From positions 14,164 through 78,163 of the forward strand of contig JAZNXV010000032.1 in NCBI GenBank assembly GCA_045594045.1: a DNA stretch of 64,000 nt. The letters are read 5' to 3'. The stretch comes from Clostridia bacterium (lineage in GTDB: Bacteria > Bacillota > Clostridia > Christensenellales > QALW01). The notes under the pieces are model-generated. The model saw only the letters and a program-made list of their open reading frames with translations. It was not told the DNA's origin and did no database searches. Every line of letters starts with the position of its first letter. Within the stretch, counting starts at the first letter, position 1. Shown piece by piece: positions 39,061 to 48,411 of the stretch. The translations under genes were made by a program, and so were the position numbers.

Positions 39061-39942
39061 TTAATCAACGTCCTCAACAACGGTTTCGGGGGGTGTATCA
39101 AGCTTTTCGGGGTGACGGAAAATTCTTTCCAAGCCCTTTAATGCGTTGGCTAAATAGTGACCGTCGGTAGTACGTTCATCAGTAGTAACGGTATAGTCAA
39201 CCATAGTGCGAGTGTAGGTTGTTCCGTCGGGATTAAATGCTTGCTCTCTGCGTTTTGCACCGAAGGTTATAAATATAGGTGTGTTACCAAAATTGTAAAG
39301 ATGATGGTAAATTGGCGGAATACCGAGAGAGCCTAAATTTGAAACGAACACACTTGCGTGGAAGGGAGAAGCCTCTTCAATAACCTTGGGCATAATTCCA
39401 AAGAAATCCAAGAACTGCATAAAGGCTACGAAAAAGCGAAGTACCAACGTAGGCAGGTAGTTAATAATTCTGGCTACGGCGTCCAGGGCAGTAGAATCAC
39501 CCGCCTCACGAGCCTTTGCAATTTCAGCCTCCATTTTGTAATAAACGTCCTCCGCCGTATCCGTTGGAGCAAAGCGCACCTTAATGGCGGTTTCCTGAGC
39601 ATTGAGCTTTAATTCTTTTTTTACCATCATTGATAAAACAATTTCGTTACGTGCAAAGATTTTGTATCCTGCAATGTAGCGGTTAAGGGCAGGCTTTTGA
39701 GATACCGTACGAACGTAGGCAGCAACAATCATATGCATAAAGCCAAAGCCCGTAAGCCCCTGTTCTCTTTTTTCCTTGATATACGCATCAATATTTGCGT
39801 AATCAACACTTGAAGCAAAAAGGTTTTGAGCATCATTTCGCTTGTGCATAATGCAAACTCCTACGTATTGCATCGGCGGCAAGGAACGCACTCGACGAGC
39901 ATCTCTGCGGTCGCCCCATCTGCGTTTTCTTTTTTCGGACAT
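39061..39942 (-). CDS. 2-oxoacid dehydrogenase E2 catalytic-domain-like acyltransferase (stand-alone)
   Basis: 293 aa. The C-terminal segment TDERTTDGHYLANALKGLERIFRHPEKL aligns with the E2 DHRxxDG active-site block. Confidence 0.6.
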   Translation of the reverse strand: MSEKRKRRWGDRRDARRVRSLPPMQYVGVCIMHKRNDAQNLFASSVDYANIDAYIKEKREQGLTGFGFMHMIVAAYVRTVSQKPALNRYIAGYKIFARNEIVLSMMVKKELKLNAQETAIKVRFAPTDTAEDVYYKMEAEIAKAREAGDSTALDAVARIINYLPTLVLRFFVAFMQFLDFFGIMPKVIEEASPFHASVFVSNLGSLGIPPIYHHLYNFGNTPIFITFGAKRREQAFNPDGTTYTRTMVDYTVTTDERTTDGHYLANALKGLERIFRHPEKLDTPPETVVEDVD

Positions 39943-40069
39943 AGTAAATCTCCTTAAATAATATAATATAAATGTATATGAATACCTTTATATTATGACA
40001 GAAAAGTGAAATTTTTGCAAGAAATTTTTTTATTTGGCAAAAACCAACATATTTTTTACTCTTAAAAGC

Positions 40070-40104
40070 TGAAAAAAGCAGCTCTTGATTAACAAGAACT
40101 GCTT
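40070..40104 (-). terminator. terminator of the rnf operon
   Basis: The 12-bp stem contains one G-U pair only when read on the minus strand, and is followed by U6. Confidence 0.7.
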
Positions 40105-40122
40105 TATTGTAAAACGTTAAAA

Positions 40123-40929
40123 TTATTGTTCGAGGGTTACCATTTCGATACATTTTTTAGGGCAAACTGCGGCACATTCTCCACAGCCTGTGCATTTTTG
40201 CGTATCAACCCTTGCTAAATTATTTTCAACCGTTATTGCTCCGTGAGGGCAAGTCTTTTGGCACTTACCGCAACCGATACAACCAACCTCACACTGTTTA
40301 AAGGTTTCCTTGGGTGTACTGTTACTGTTACACACAACAACAGCCTGAAGTCTTTTAGCAGGCAAAATTCTGATTATTCCTTTAGGGCAGGCGGCGGCGC
40401 ATTGACCGCAAGCACCGCAAAGAGCCGAATTAACCTTGGCTATTCCGTTACAGAAAAATATTGCATCGTGGGTGCACACTTTTTGGCAATCGCCATAGCC
40501 TAAACAGCCGTAAGCACATTCCTTTTCACCGCCGAAAAGCTGCATTGCCGCCTTACAGGACGTAACACCCTGATATTTCATCTTCGTTTTTGCCTTTGAG
40601 CATTCTCCGCCACAGAGCACAAAGGCTGCCTTTGGTTCTGTCTGCTGGCTTTCCACTCCAAGAGCTTCGGCAATAGCGTCGGCTGTTTCTTGACCGCCCG
40701 GAGAGCACAAGTTAATTTTAGCTTCGCTACCCTTTGCGATAGCTTCTGCATAACCGTCGCACCCTGAATATCCGCAAGCACCGCAGTTTGCGCCGGGCAA
40801 GCATTCACGCACTGCCTCGGCCTTCTCATCCTTAGGAACAGAAAAGAATTCCGATGCAGCCGAAAGACCAATGCCTATTATAATGCCTATTCCCGCAACA
40901 AAGGCAACTGCAATTAAAATTTCGTTCAT
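40123..40929 (-). CDS. rnfB: Rnf complex subunit B (polyferredoxin)
   Basis: N-terminal TM helix and multiple CxxCxxCxxxCP 4Fe-4S motifs. It is the last gene of rnfCDGEAB. Confidence 0.9.
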   Translation of the reverse strand: MNEILIAVAFVAGIGIIIGIGLSAASEFFSVPKDEKAEAVRECLPGANCGACGYSGCDGYAEAIAKGSEAKINLCSPGGQETADAIAEALGVESQQTEPKAAFVLCGGECSKAKTKMKYQGVTSCKAAMQLFGGEKECAYGCLGYGDCQKVCTHDAIFFCNGIAKVNSALCGACGQCAAACPKGIIRILPAKRLQAVVVCNSNSTPKETFKQCEVGCIGCGKCQKTCPHGAITVENNLARVDTQKCTGCGECAAVCPKKCIEMVTLEQ

Positions 40930-40940
40930 TGTTTTCTCCT

Positions 40941-41528
40941 TTAACCAAACAGATTTTCAATTATTCCCCCAAAGCCCATAAAGGAAACAGACACCAATGA
41001 CGCGGCAATTAACGTAATGGGCAGACCTTGAAGGAATTTAGGAATATCGGCTGTTTCCATCCTGCTGCGAACACCCGAAAACATAAGCATTGCAAGCATA
41101 AAGCCTATGCCTGCTCCAAGGGAAGAAAACATTGACTCGGCAAAATTATAGTTTGCTTCTACGTTTAAAAGCACCACGCCTAAAACGGCACAGTTTGTAG
41201 TTATTAAAGGTAAATAAATTCCCAGCGCCTTATAAAGCGACGGTATATATTTTTTAAGCATAATTTCCACAAGCTGAACAAGTGCGGCAATAACCAAAAT
41301 AAATACTATGGTCTGAAGATACGCATATTTTTCCCCTAAAATATATACGTTTATGGGATAGCATACCGCCGTTGACGCCGCCATAACGAATATAACGGCT
41401 ATGCTCATACCAAGAGCTGTATCTGTTTTTTTAGAAACACCTAAAAAGGGACAAATACCTAAAAACTGTGCAAGCACAAAGTTTTCTGTTAAAACTCCCG
41501 TTAAAAGAATTGCAAAAAGAGCCGTCAT
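40941..41528 (-). CDS. rnfA: Rnf complex subunit A
   Basis: About 195 aa starting at MTALFAILLTGVLTENFVL, which is RnfA/NqrE-like. The ATG overlaps the rnfE stop (TAATG). Confidence 0.9.
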   Translation of the reverse strand: MTALFAILLTGVLTENFVLAQFLGICPFLGVSKKTDTALGMSIAVIFVMAASTAVCYPINVYILGEKYAYLQTIVFILVIAALVQLVEIMLKKYIPSLYKALGIYLPLITTNCAVLGVVLLNVEANYNFAESMFSSLGAGIGFMLAMLMFSGVRSRMETADIPKFLQGLPITLIAASLVSVSFMGFGGIIENLFG

Positions 41529-42253
41529 TATGCCTGCACCTCCTGTTCCTTTTGTTGTTCTTGGCAAGAGCCTTTGCAGGAAGCGCTTAAGGGACAACCT
41601 TGACACGCAAGCACTGCCTTGGGCTTGCCCTTTTTCTCTGCAAGAGCGTTTACACAAGCCATAAGCAACCCGAACACAAAGAAGCCACCCGGTGGCAATA
41701 CAAACACAAGCAAGGGATTTTCCGACAAAAACGGTATCTGAATTTTTAAGTTTTCAACGTAAGAGGTTAAATCTATTGCTCCCGTTCCCAAAACCTCGCG
41801 AACGGTGCCCATTACCATAAGTGCGGCAGTAAAGCCGATGCCCATACCCAAGCCGTCAAGAAGACTTGCCCCAACGGCATTTTTGCCTGCAAAAGCTTCG
41901 GCTCTGCCTAAAATGATACAGTTAACAACTATTAAGGGCAAATATACGCCAAGCTGGGCGTCAAGCACGGGAACAAAGGCTTTTACAAGCATTTGTACTA
42001 TCGTAACAAAAGATGCAATAATTACTATGTATGCAGGAATTCTTACTTTTTGCGGTATCACCTTACGCAAAAGAGATATTACCGTGTTTGAGCAAGCAAG
42101 CACCAAGGTTGCCGCAAGGCCCATTCCTATTGCACTTGTAATTGAGGTTGTTACCGCAAGAGTTGGGCAAGTGCCAAGCACAAGTCTTAAAACAGGGTTT
42201 TCCGTTATGATACCTTTAGAAAATTCCTGAAAAAGAGTTTTCTTCTGTGCCAT
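41528..42253 (-). CDS. rnfE: Rnf complex subunit E
   Basis: RnfE/NqrD-like sequence (ENPVLRLVLGTCPTLAVT). ATG 42253 follows AGGGGGTG. It has an unusual Cys-rich C-terminal tail. Confidence 0.9.
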   Translation of the reverse strand: MAQKKTLFQEFSKGIITENPVLRLVLGTCPTLAVTTSITSAIGMGLAATLVLACSNTVISLLRKVIPQKVRIPAYIVIIASFVTIVQMLVKAFVPVLDAQLGVYLPLIVVNCIILGRAEAFAGKNAVGASLLDGLGMGIGFTAALMVMGTVREVLGTGAIDLTSYVENLKIQIPFLSENPLLVFVLPPGGFFVFGLLMACVNALAEKKGKPKAVLACQGCPLSASCKGSCQEQQKEQEVQA

Positions 42254-42254
42254 G

Positions 42255-42827
42255 TTACTCACCCCCTAATTGCTTAAAGGCTTCAAGAGCATCATTTACG
42301 CATGCTATAACCGCCTTTGACGTAATGGTTGCACTTGTAATGCCATTGATTTCGTTTCCGCTTCCGCCACTTTTAACAAAAGCAAACGGACCCGTTTTAT
42401 CCTTAAACTGACCGATAAACTGTTCCTTTGTTGCGTTTTGACCAAGGCCCGGGGTTTCATCGTCAGCACTTAAAACTACCGACGAAAGCACCTTGCCGCT
42501 GTTATCTATAGCGGTCATTACCTTAACAGAACCGCCATAGCCTTGATTTTCTGCAGTAAATACGTATCCTAACTTATTACCTGAAGAGTCTAAGGCTTCC
42601 GAAAACAAAACGCTTTTTTTCGAAAGCGTAATTTCCTTTTCTTCAGAGAATTCCGAAGCACTTGCAAAGGTAAGTTTCCGTGCCTCTTTTGCCTGAGCAA
42701 GCTGATTCTCTAAAATTTTATCAGCAGTTATACTGTTTGTGCCCGCAAGCAAAAACGCCGAAACAAAGCAAATCAAAAACAGAGTAAGTGCAGGAAGAAT
42801 AACTTCTTTTAAATTGATTTTTTTCAT
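42255..42827 (-). CDS. rnfG: Rnf complex subunit G (FMN-binding)
   Basis: N-terminal TM helix and the FMN attachment motif SGATITS-like (ITSATITSKA). Confidence 0.85.
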   Translation of the reverse strand: MKKINLKEVILPALTLFLICFVSAFLLAGTNSITADKILENQLAQAKEARKLTFASASEFSEEKEITLSKKSVLFSEALDSSGNKLGYVFTAENQGYGGSVKVMTAIDNSGKVLSSVVLSADDETPGLGQNATKEQFIGQFKDKTGPFAFVKSGGSGNEINGITSATITSKAVIACVNDALEAFKQLGGE

Positions 42828-43768
42828 TTCTTCGCCTCCCCCACTGCGCCAAAGGGCTTTTTCAAGGTTAAATTATCAATGTGCGGCACAAGAATATTCA
42901 TCAACAAAATGGCATAGGAAACGCCTTCGGGCAACGCTCCGAAAAGCCTTATAACCGACGTAATCAATCCGCAACCAATACCGAAAATAATTTTGCCGAG
43001 GGTGCTTACAGGAGAGGTAACGTAATCCGTTGCCATAAAAATTGAGCCTAAAAGCAAGCCTCCCGATAAAATTTGATATGTAGCAAAAATAACGTCCTGC
43101 CTATACAAAAGGCTGAATACAAACACCGTTAAAACAAACGTTACGGGAATCGTAGGTGCAATTACCCTGCGCGCAACAAGATATATTCCGCCCAAAATTA
43201 AGGCAACGGAGCAAACCTCGCCCATACTGCCCGAATGCACTCCGAAAAGCATTTGAGTAAGCGTAGGCAACGGCTGTTCTGCTGACATAAGCGCCAAGGG
43301 TGAAGCACTTGTTACGCCGTCAGCGCCCCAAAAAGAAGGTGCCGTCCAAGTAGTCATCGCACCTGCAAAGCAAAGCATCAATATAATGCGCGCCGTTATG
43401 GCGGGGTTGACGAAGTTTTGACCTAAGCCGCCAAAGAACTGTTTTACAACAACTATTGCAACCACGCTTCCGAAAGCACCCATCCAAAGAGGCAAGGTCG
43501 GTGGCAGGTTAAGTGCTAAAAGCAAGCCTGTTACCGCGGCACTTAAATCACCGATAGTGTTATCGCGCTTCATAATTTTGCGCGAAATATATTCAGCTAA
43601 AACTGCTGATAAAACGCACACTATCGTAAGCAACAATGCATTAATACCAAAATAAATTATTGCTACTACAAGGGCGGGAACTAATGCTATGATAACATCA
43701 AGCATTATTCGTCTTGTGGAAACGTTGTCCCTGATATGAGGTGAAGAAGTTACTTTTAATTCTTTCAT
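42824..43768 (-). CDS. rnfD: Rnf complex subunit D
   Basis: The start MKELKVTSSPHIRD is the typical RnfD N-terminus. ATG 43768 overlaps the rnfC stop (ATGA). Confidence 0.9.
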   Translation of the reverse strand: MKELKVTSSPHIRDNVSTRRIMLDVIIALVPALVVAIIYFGINALLLTIVCVLSAVLAEYISRKIMKRDNTIGDLSAAVTGLLLALNLPPTLPLWMGAFGSVVAIVVVKQFFGGLGQNFVNPAITARIILMLCFAGAMTTWTAPSFWGADGVTSASPLALMSAEQPLPTLTQMLFGVHSGSMGEVCSVALILGGIYLVARRVIAPTIPVTFVLTVFVFSLLYRQDVIFATYQILSGGLLLGSIFMATDYVTSPVSTLGKIIFGIGCGLITSVIRLFGALPEGVSYAILLMNILVPHIDNLTLKKPFGAVGEAKK

Positions 43769-45096
43769 CACTTTTTCTCCTCTCTGATTATTTGTTTTCC
43801 AAGGCGCATATACTGTACAAGCGGTATTTTTGCGGGGCAGGAATATGAGCAACAGCCACACTCAACGCACGCTAAAACGTCAAGCTTTTTAAGCCGTGCA
43901 ATATCTTTATTTTTCTGTGCAAGCTTAATAAATAAAGGTGATAAGCTCATAGGGCAATTTTTTGCACATCTACCGCATTTAATGCAAGGACTTTCCTTTT
44001 CCGTATAATCCTTATCAAAAGCTAATATGGCGTTATTCTGTTTGCAAATGGGCGCATCTAAATTGTAGATACTGCTGCCCATCATAACGCCACCTAAAAT
44101 TACTTTTTCAGGCTCTTTTTCAAATCCGCCACAGTAGTCAAGAACGTGAGAAATACTTGTGCCTACGGGTACGCGCAAATTCATTCGGTTCTTTATTGCC
44201 GTTCCGTCAACGGTTAAAGAACGTGTAACCAAAGGCTTGCCCGTTTTTAAATATCTCGAAATAAATGCTGTTGTTGCAATATTCATAACGATACAACCAA
44301 CGTCAGCAGGAAGCTTGCCATCGGGCACACGCCTGCCTGTGACGGAATATACTATCATTTTCTCTGCACCTTGGGGATATTTGCTCTTTAAAGTAAAAAC
44401 TTCCGTATCCCTTTGGTCAGTATCACTTTTCTCCGCAATTTTTTTGAGAATTTTTATAGCCTCGGGCTTGTTATCTTCAACAGCGATAACAACGCGCTTA
44501 ATGCGTAAAAATTCTGCTATTACATACACGCCCGAAAGCACGTCCCAGGAATTATCAATAGCTTCTCTGTAGTCAACGGTTATATAGGGCTCACATTCTG
44601 CCGCATTGATAATGAGGGTATCTATGTTTTTATCCTCGGGCACGTTCAGCTTTACGTGGGTGGGAAAGCCCGCGCCGCCCAAGCCTACTGCGCCCGACTC
44701 TCTTACCGCCGCAATAAAATCCTCTTTTGTTTCAACCTTAGGCGCTTTAATGCCTTCAAAAAGCTCTATTTTGCCGTCACAGGCAATGGTTACGCCAATT
44801 GTCGTTGCACCTCCTGCCAATTTTATAGGCTCAATTTTTTCAACAACGCCTGAAACAGAAGAATGTATAGGCGCGCTAACAAATTTATCGCTATCGCCTA
44901 TTTTTTGACCCACTTTTACCGTTTCACCCACCTTGACAACAGGCTCGCAAGGGGCGCCTATATGCTGAAGCATTGGAATAGTAACTTTTTCGGGGCAAGG
45001 AATACGCTGGGCAGACATATTCATTGTATGCTTATTGTGAGGGACGTTTACGCCACCCGATACGCATTTTTGAATAATTCGTTTTAAACTGCTCAT
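43768..45096 (-). CDS. rnfC: Rnf complex subunit C
   Basis: 442 aa with a GGAGFP nucleotide-binding motif and two C-terminal 4Fe-4S motifs (CIKCGRCAKNCP, CVECGCCSYSCP). Confidence 0.9.
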   Translation of the reverse strand: MSSLKRIIQKCVSGGVNVPHNKHTMNMSAQRIPCPEKVTIPMLQHIGAPCEPVVKVGETVKVGQKIGDSDKFVSAPIHSSVSGVVEKIEPIKLAGGATTIGVTIACDGKIELFEGIKAPKVETKEDFIAAVRESGAVGLGGAGFPTHVKLNVPEDKNIDTLIINAAECEPYITVDYREAIDNSWDVLSGVYVIAEFLRIKRVVIAVEDNKPEAIKILKKIAEKSDTDQRDTEVFTLKSKYPQGAEKMIVYSVTGRRVPDGKLPADVGCIVMNIATTAFISRYLKTGKPLVTRSLTVDGTAIKNRMNLRVPVGTSISHVLDYCGGFEKEPEKVILGGVMMGSSIYNLDAPICKQNNAILAFDKDYTEKESPCIKCGRCAKNCPMSLSPLFIKLAQKNKDIARLKKLDVLACVECGCCSYSCPAKIPLVQYMRLGKQIIREEKK

Positions 45097-45605
45097 TAAT
45101 TTTTCTCCTTGAAATTTATTTTGTTAAGATACGGTTTTACGGCATTTAATATTACGCCCGTTAAGAAACCGCACACAAGCCCAAACAAAGCAAGCACAAT
45201 GGCATAATAAAAAATGCTTGAGGTTTTTGTGAGAATAAATGCGCCTAAAAGTTGACCCGAATTATGTATAAGCGCACCTATAATGCTTATGCCTACAAGC
45301 GAAAACGGGCTTCTCTTAATTTTTAAAAGTGCCGCGGTTACAAAAGCGGAAGAAATGCCGCCTAAGGCACTTAATAAAAACGCCGCGCCGCCGCGGGTAA
45401 AAAACGCAAACAGCGCTTTTAATACAGAAATGTATATTGCTCCGCCCGTACCAAAGGTCATTGCCGCGGCAACGGTTATTATATTCGAAAAGCCGGGCTT
45501 TGCGCCCACGGGAAGAAAGGGTATTGCCAGCAAGCCTTCAAAAGCGGTAAGCACAAGTGCAAGTGCCCCCATTATTCCCCAAACTGCTATTTTTTTTGCT
45601 TTCAT
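45096..45605 (-). CDS. Gx transporter family membrane protein (heptaprenyl diphosphate synthase component I-like)
   Basis: About 170 aa with 5 TM helices. It has the conserved apbE/NusG_II/Gx neighbourhood upstream of rnf. Confidence 0.6.
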   Translation of the reverse strand: MKAKKIAVWGIMGALALVLTAFEGLLAIPFLPVGAKPGFSNIITVAAAMTFGTGGAIYISVLKALFAFFTRGGAAFLLSALGGISSAFVTAALLKIKRSPFSLVGISIIGALIHNSGQLLGAFILTKTSSIFYYAIVLALFGLVCGFLTGVILNAVKPYLNKINFKEKN

Positions 45606-45639
45606 TTTATCTCCAACTAAATTAAGCACTTGATTATAA

Positions 45640-46011
45640 TTATCCCGTAATACCGTCGGGAGAAGAAACGTCGCCCTGAACGACGATTACTATTCCCTTG
45701 GGCACACAAGCGCTCACCGTATGATACTTATTAAGCCAACCGCTTCTGACGCACGTTTTATCGGGGCAGTCCGAGCTTAAAAAGCAAATTCTGTCCTTTT
45801 CAACCCTGATACGCGCATTATTGATTGTAATTTCGTAGGGTTCAGAAACTTCCGAAAGCTCAATAACGTGCTCTACTTCACCCTGAACGTAAACGGTTGC
45901 CGTTACACGCTTATCAAGATGCGGTGCAAAAAACGTTATTAACGCCATGCTTGCAATAATAATCAACACAGCCACTATTAAAAAAACGTCGCCCTTTTTA
46001 AAAAATTTCAT
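45640..46011 (-). CDS. NusG domain II-containing protein (DUF1312)
   Basis: TM anchor plus a beta-rich domain with CPDKTC and a conserved neighbourhood. The start is uncertain (46011 or 46053). Confidence 0.6.
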   Translation of the reverse strand: MKFFKKGDVFLIVAVLIIIASMALITFFAPHLDKRVTATVYVQGEVEHVIELSEVSEPYEITINNARIRVEKDRICFLSSDCPDKTCVRSGWLNKYHTVSACVPKGIVIVVQGDVSSPDGITG

Positions 46012-46033
46012 AAAACGCCCTTTGTCTTGCATT

Positions 46034-47086
46034 TTAAAAATGCAAGCCGTCACTTTCTATCACGAAGCTGTCAACGCCCACTGTTTTTACTGTGCCGCTT
46101 GAAAAAATAAAAATTCCACGGGCATCGTATTTGTTTAAAAGAGCCGCTCCGTCTTCAAAGCCTAAAACGAAGCAGGCAGTTGAAAGTCCATCGGAAAGAG
46201 CTCCGCTTGAAGCTATTACCGTTACGCTAACAAGCTCGCTTTTTGCAGGGTAGCCCGTTTTTGAATCTAAAATATGGTGATATTTTATATTGTCAACCTC
46301 TAAAAATCTTTCATAACTGCCGGAGGTAGAAACAAAACCCTCTTTTAGCATAAACGTGCCTGCATATCCTGCTCCCATAGGATTGCGCACCGCAACGCGC
46401 CAGGACTCGCCGTTAGGATTTTTACCGTAAAAAAGCAGACTTCCCCCAACGGAAATAACCGCGCTTTTACAAGAGCTTTTTTCTAAAACGTCCTTCGCCT
46501 TATCGCAGGCGTAGCCCTTGCCTATTGCGCCCAAATCAACCTTTTGCCCTTGATATAGCGTCGCCTTTTCCTTACCTATAGTGCATTTTTCAGCACCTAC
46601 AAGCTTTAACGCGCCGTCTATCTCTTCTTGGGAAGGCTTCTTTGCATCTTCAAAGCCGATACGCCAAAGGGACGTCAGGCTTCCTACGGTATAATCAAAT
46701 GCACCGCCCGACGATAAAAAAATATCCTGACACACCTCAAGCTGTTCAAGCAAATATTTATCGGTTGTCTCTCCCGTAACGTTAAGAGCGTTTACTGCCG
46801 AATCCTTTATTTCGGCAGAAGAGGCAATTTCAACAGAATTGATTTCTGCTAAAATTTCGCTTGTTATCCCTTGATAGTCATCAGAATAAATTTTTATATT
46901 TCCCGCTGTGCCCATTGCAACGAAAGCAGTTTCGTTGGCTTTAACGGAAAAGAAGCTTTGATGTATAAGCAAAGAAAATATCAGCACCGTTACAAGTAAC
47001 GCGCCGGCGACCAAAATTGTTTTTTTTCTTTTTTCAGCCGCGTTTGCTTTGGGCTGTATATTTTGCCGCGTATTTTCTCTTTGCAA
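46034..47086 (-). CDS. apbE: FAD:protein FMN transferase ApbE
   Basis: 350 aa with a membrane anchor and ApbE-family sequence (DLGAIGKGYA, YHHILDSKTG). Confidence 0.85.
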   Translation of the reverse strand: MQRENTRQNIQPKANAAEKRKKTILVAGALLVTVLIFSLLIHQSFFSVKANETAFVAMGTAGNIKIYSDDYQGITSEILAEINSVEIASSAEIKDSAVNALNVTGETTDKYLLEQLEVCQDIFLSSGGAFDYTVGSLTSLWRIGFEDAKKPSQEEIDGALKLVGAEKCTIGKEKATLYQGQKVDLGAIGKGYACDKAKDVLEKSSCKSAVISVGGSLLFYGKNPNGESWRVAVRNPMGAGYAGTFMLKEGFVSTSGSYERFLEVDNIKYHHILDSKTGYPAKSELVSVTVIASSGALSDGLSTACFVLGFEDGAALLNKYDARGIFIFSSGTVKTVGVDSFVIESDGLHF

Positions 47087-47178
47087 AAGTTCACTCTCCC
47101 GTTAAAATTCAGCACGAGCTATGCTTTTATTATACAATATTGACTCATTATTATCAACAACTTTAATTGTAAATTTGC

Positions 47179-47206
47179 AAAAAAACGGCTTTCAAGCCGT
47201 TTTTTA
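47179..47206. terminator. bidirectional terminator downstream of ychF
   Basis: Stem AAAAACGGCTT / AAGCCGTTTTT with a 3-nt loop. Confidence 0.75.
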
Positions 47207-47210
47207 ATAA

Positions 47211-48299
47211 TTAAACATTAAACCTGAAAAGCGTAATATCGCCGTCCTGCATAACGTATTCTTTTCCTTCTGAGCGCACAAGGCCCTTTTCCTTGGCGGC
47301 GGTCATTGACTTATATTTCATAAATTCATCATAGGCAATAATCTCTGCCCTGATAAAGCCGCGCTCGAAATCAGAGTGAATTTTACCTGCGGCTTGGGGC
47401 GCTTTAGTGCCTTCGGTAATGGTCCAGGCACGGACCTCGCTTTCACCTGCGGTTAAGAAAGAAATCAACCCAAGCAATTTATAGCTTGCTTTAACAAGAC
47501 GGTTCAGCCCGCTTTCTTCTAAGCCATACTCACCTAAGAACATTTCTTTTTCTTCAGGCTCAAGCTGAGAAAGCTCTTCTTCAATCTTTGCAGAAATCAC
47601 AAGCACCTGGTCCCCGTCTTTACTTGCAAGATCTCTAAGGCGGTTAACGCCTTCAGGCTCAGAGCCGATTTCGTCTTCCGAAATATTTGCCGCATAAATA
47701 ATAGGCTTTGTGGTAAGCAAGAAGAACGTTTTTGCAAGAGTCTGCTCTTCCTTTGACAATTCCATATTGCGAACGGGCTTTTCGTTTTGAAGCTGTTCAA
47801 TCATTCTCTCAAGAAGCTCAACTTCTTCTATTGCAGCTTTATCGTTACCGCGAGCCGCCTTTTGTGCCTTGTCAAGACGTTTTTCGCAAGTTTCAAGGTC
47901 AGCCAGAATAAGCTCTAAATTTATAGTTTCAACGTCACGAACAGGGTCAATAGAGCCGTCAACGTGAATAATATCGGAATTTTCAAAGCAACGCACTACG
48001 TGAACGATTGCGTCAACCTCTCTTATATGGGACAAAAACTTGTTACCCAAGCCTTCGCCTTTAGATGCGCCGCGAACCAATCCTGCAATATCAACAAATT
48101 CAATAAAAGCAGGGGTGTATTTTTTTGGATTATATATTTTTGCAAGCTCGTCAAGTCTTACATCAGGAACAGATACTACGCCCACGTTAGGCTCGATAGT
48201 GCAGAAGGGATAGTTTGCCGCTTCTGCTCCTGCATTGGTTATAGCGTTAAAAAGTGTGCTTTTACCTACGTTAGGTAAGCCTACAACACCTAATTTCAT
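47211..48299 (-). CDS. ychF: redox-regulated ATPase YchF (Obg-like GTPase family)
   Basis: 362 aa with the G1 motif GLPNVGKST and a C-terminal TGS-like domain. Confidence 0.95.
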   Translation of the reverse strand: MKLGVVGLPNVGKSTLFNAITNAGAEAANYPFCTIEPNVGVVSVPDVRLDELAKIYNPKKYTPAFIEFVDIAGLVRGASKGEGLGNKFLSHIREVDAIVHVVRCFENSDIIHVDGSIDPVRDVETINLELILADLETCEKRLDKAQKAARGNDKAAIEEVELLERMIEQLQNEKPVRNMELSKEEQTLAKTFFLLTTKPIIYAANISEDEIGSEPEGVNRLRDLASKDGDQVLVISAKIEEELSQLEPEEKEMFLGEYGLEESGLNRLVKASYKLLGLISFLTAGESEVRAWTITEGTKAPQAAGKIHSDFERGFIRAEIIAYDEFMKYKSMTAAKEKGLVRSEGKEYVMQDGDITLFRFNV

Positions 48300-48365
48300 A
48301 ATTCTCTATTTCTCCTTTAAAATCCTTTATTTATCAGGGTTTTCGGAGTATGGCGTATATCTACT

Positions 48366-48398
48366 ACTCCATTTTTACTCCATTTTTACTCCATTTTC
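48366..48398. repeat. 3 x 11-bp tandem repeat ACTCCATTTTT at the int-proximal element end (candidate arm-type integrase sites)
   Basis: Units start at 48366, 48377 and 48388. On the minus strand they read GGAGTAAAAAT x3 and run into GGAGTAGTAGAT. Confidence 0.8.
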
Positions 48399-48411
48399 GC
48401 ATGGAATTATA

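Noticed and set aside
41529-41657. Long N-terminal extensions of rnfA (to 41657) and rnfD (to 43861) in the ORF track
   Set aside because: The canonical N-termini MTALFAILL (rnfA) and MKELKVTSSPHIRD (rnfD) begin at ATGs that overlap the upstream stop codons (TAATG, ATGA). The extensions lie inside the preceding genes.
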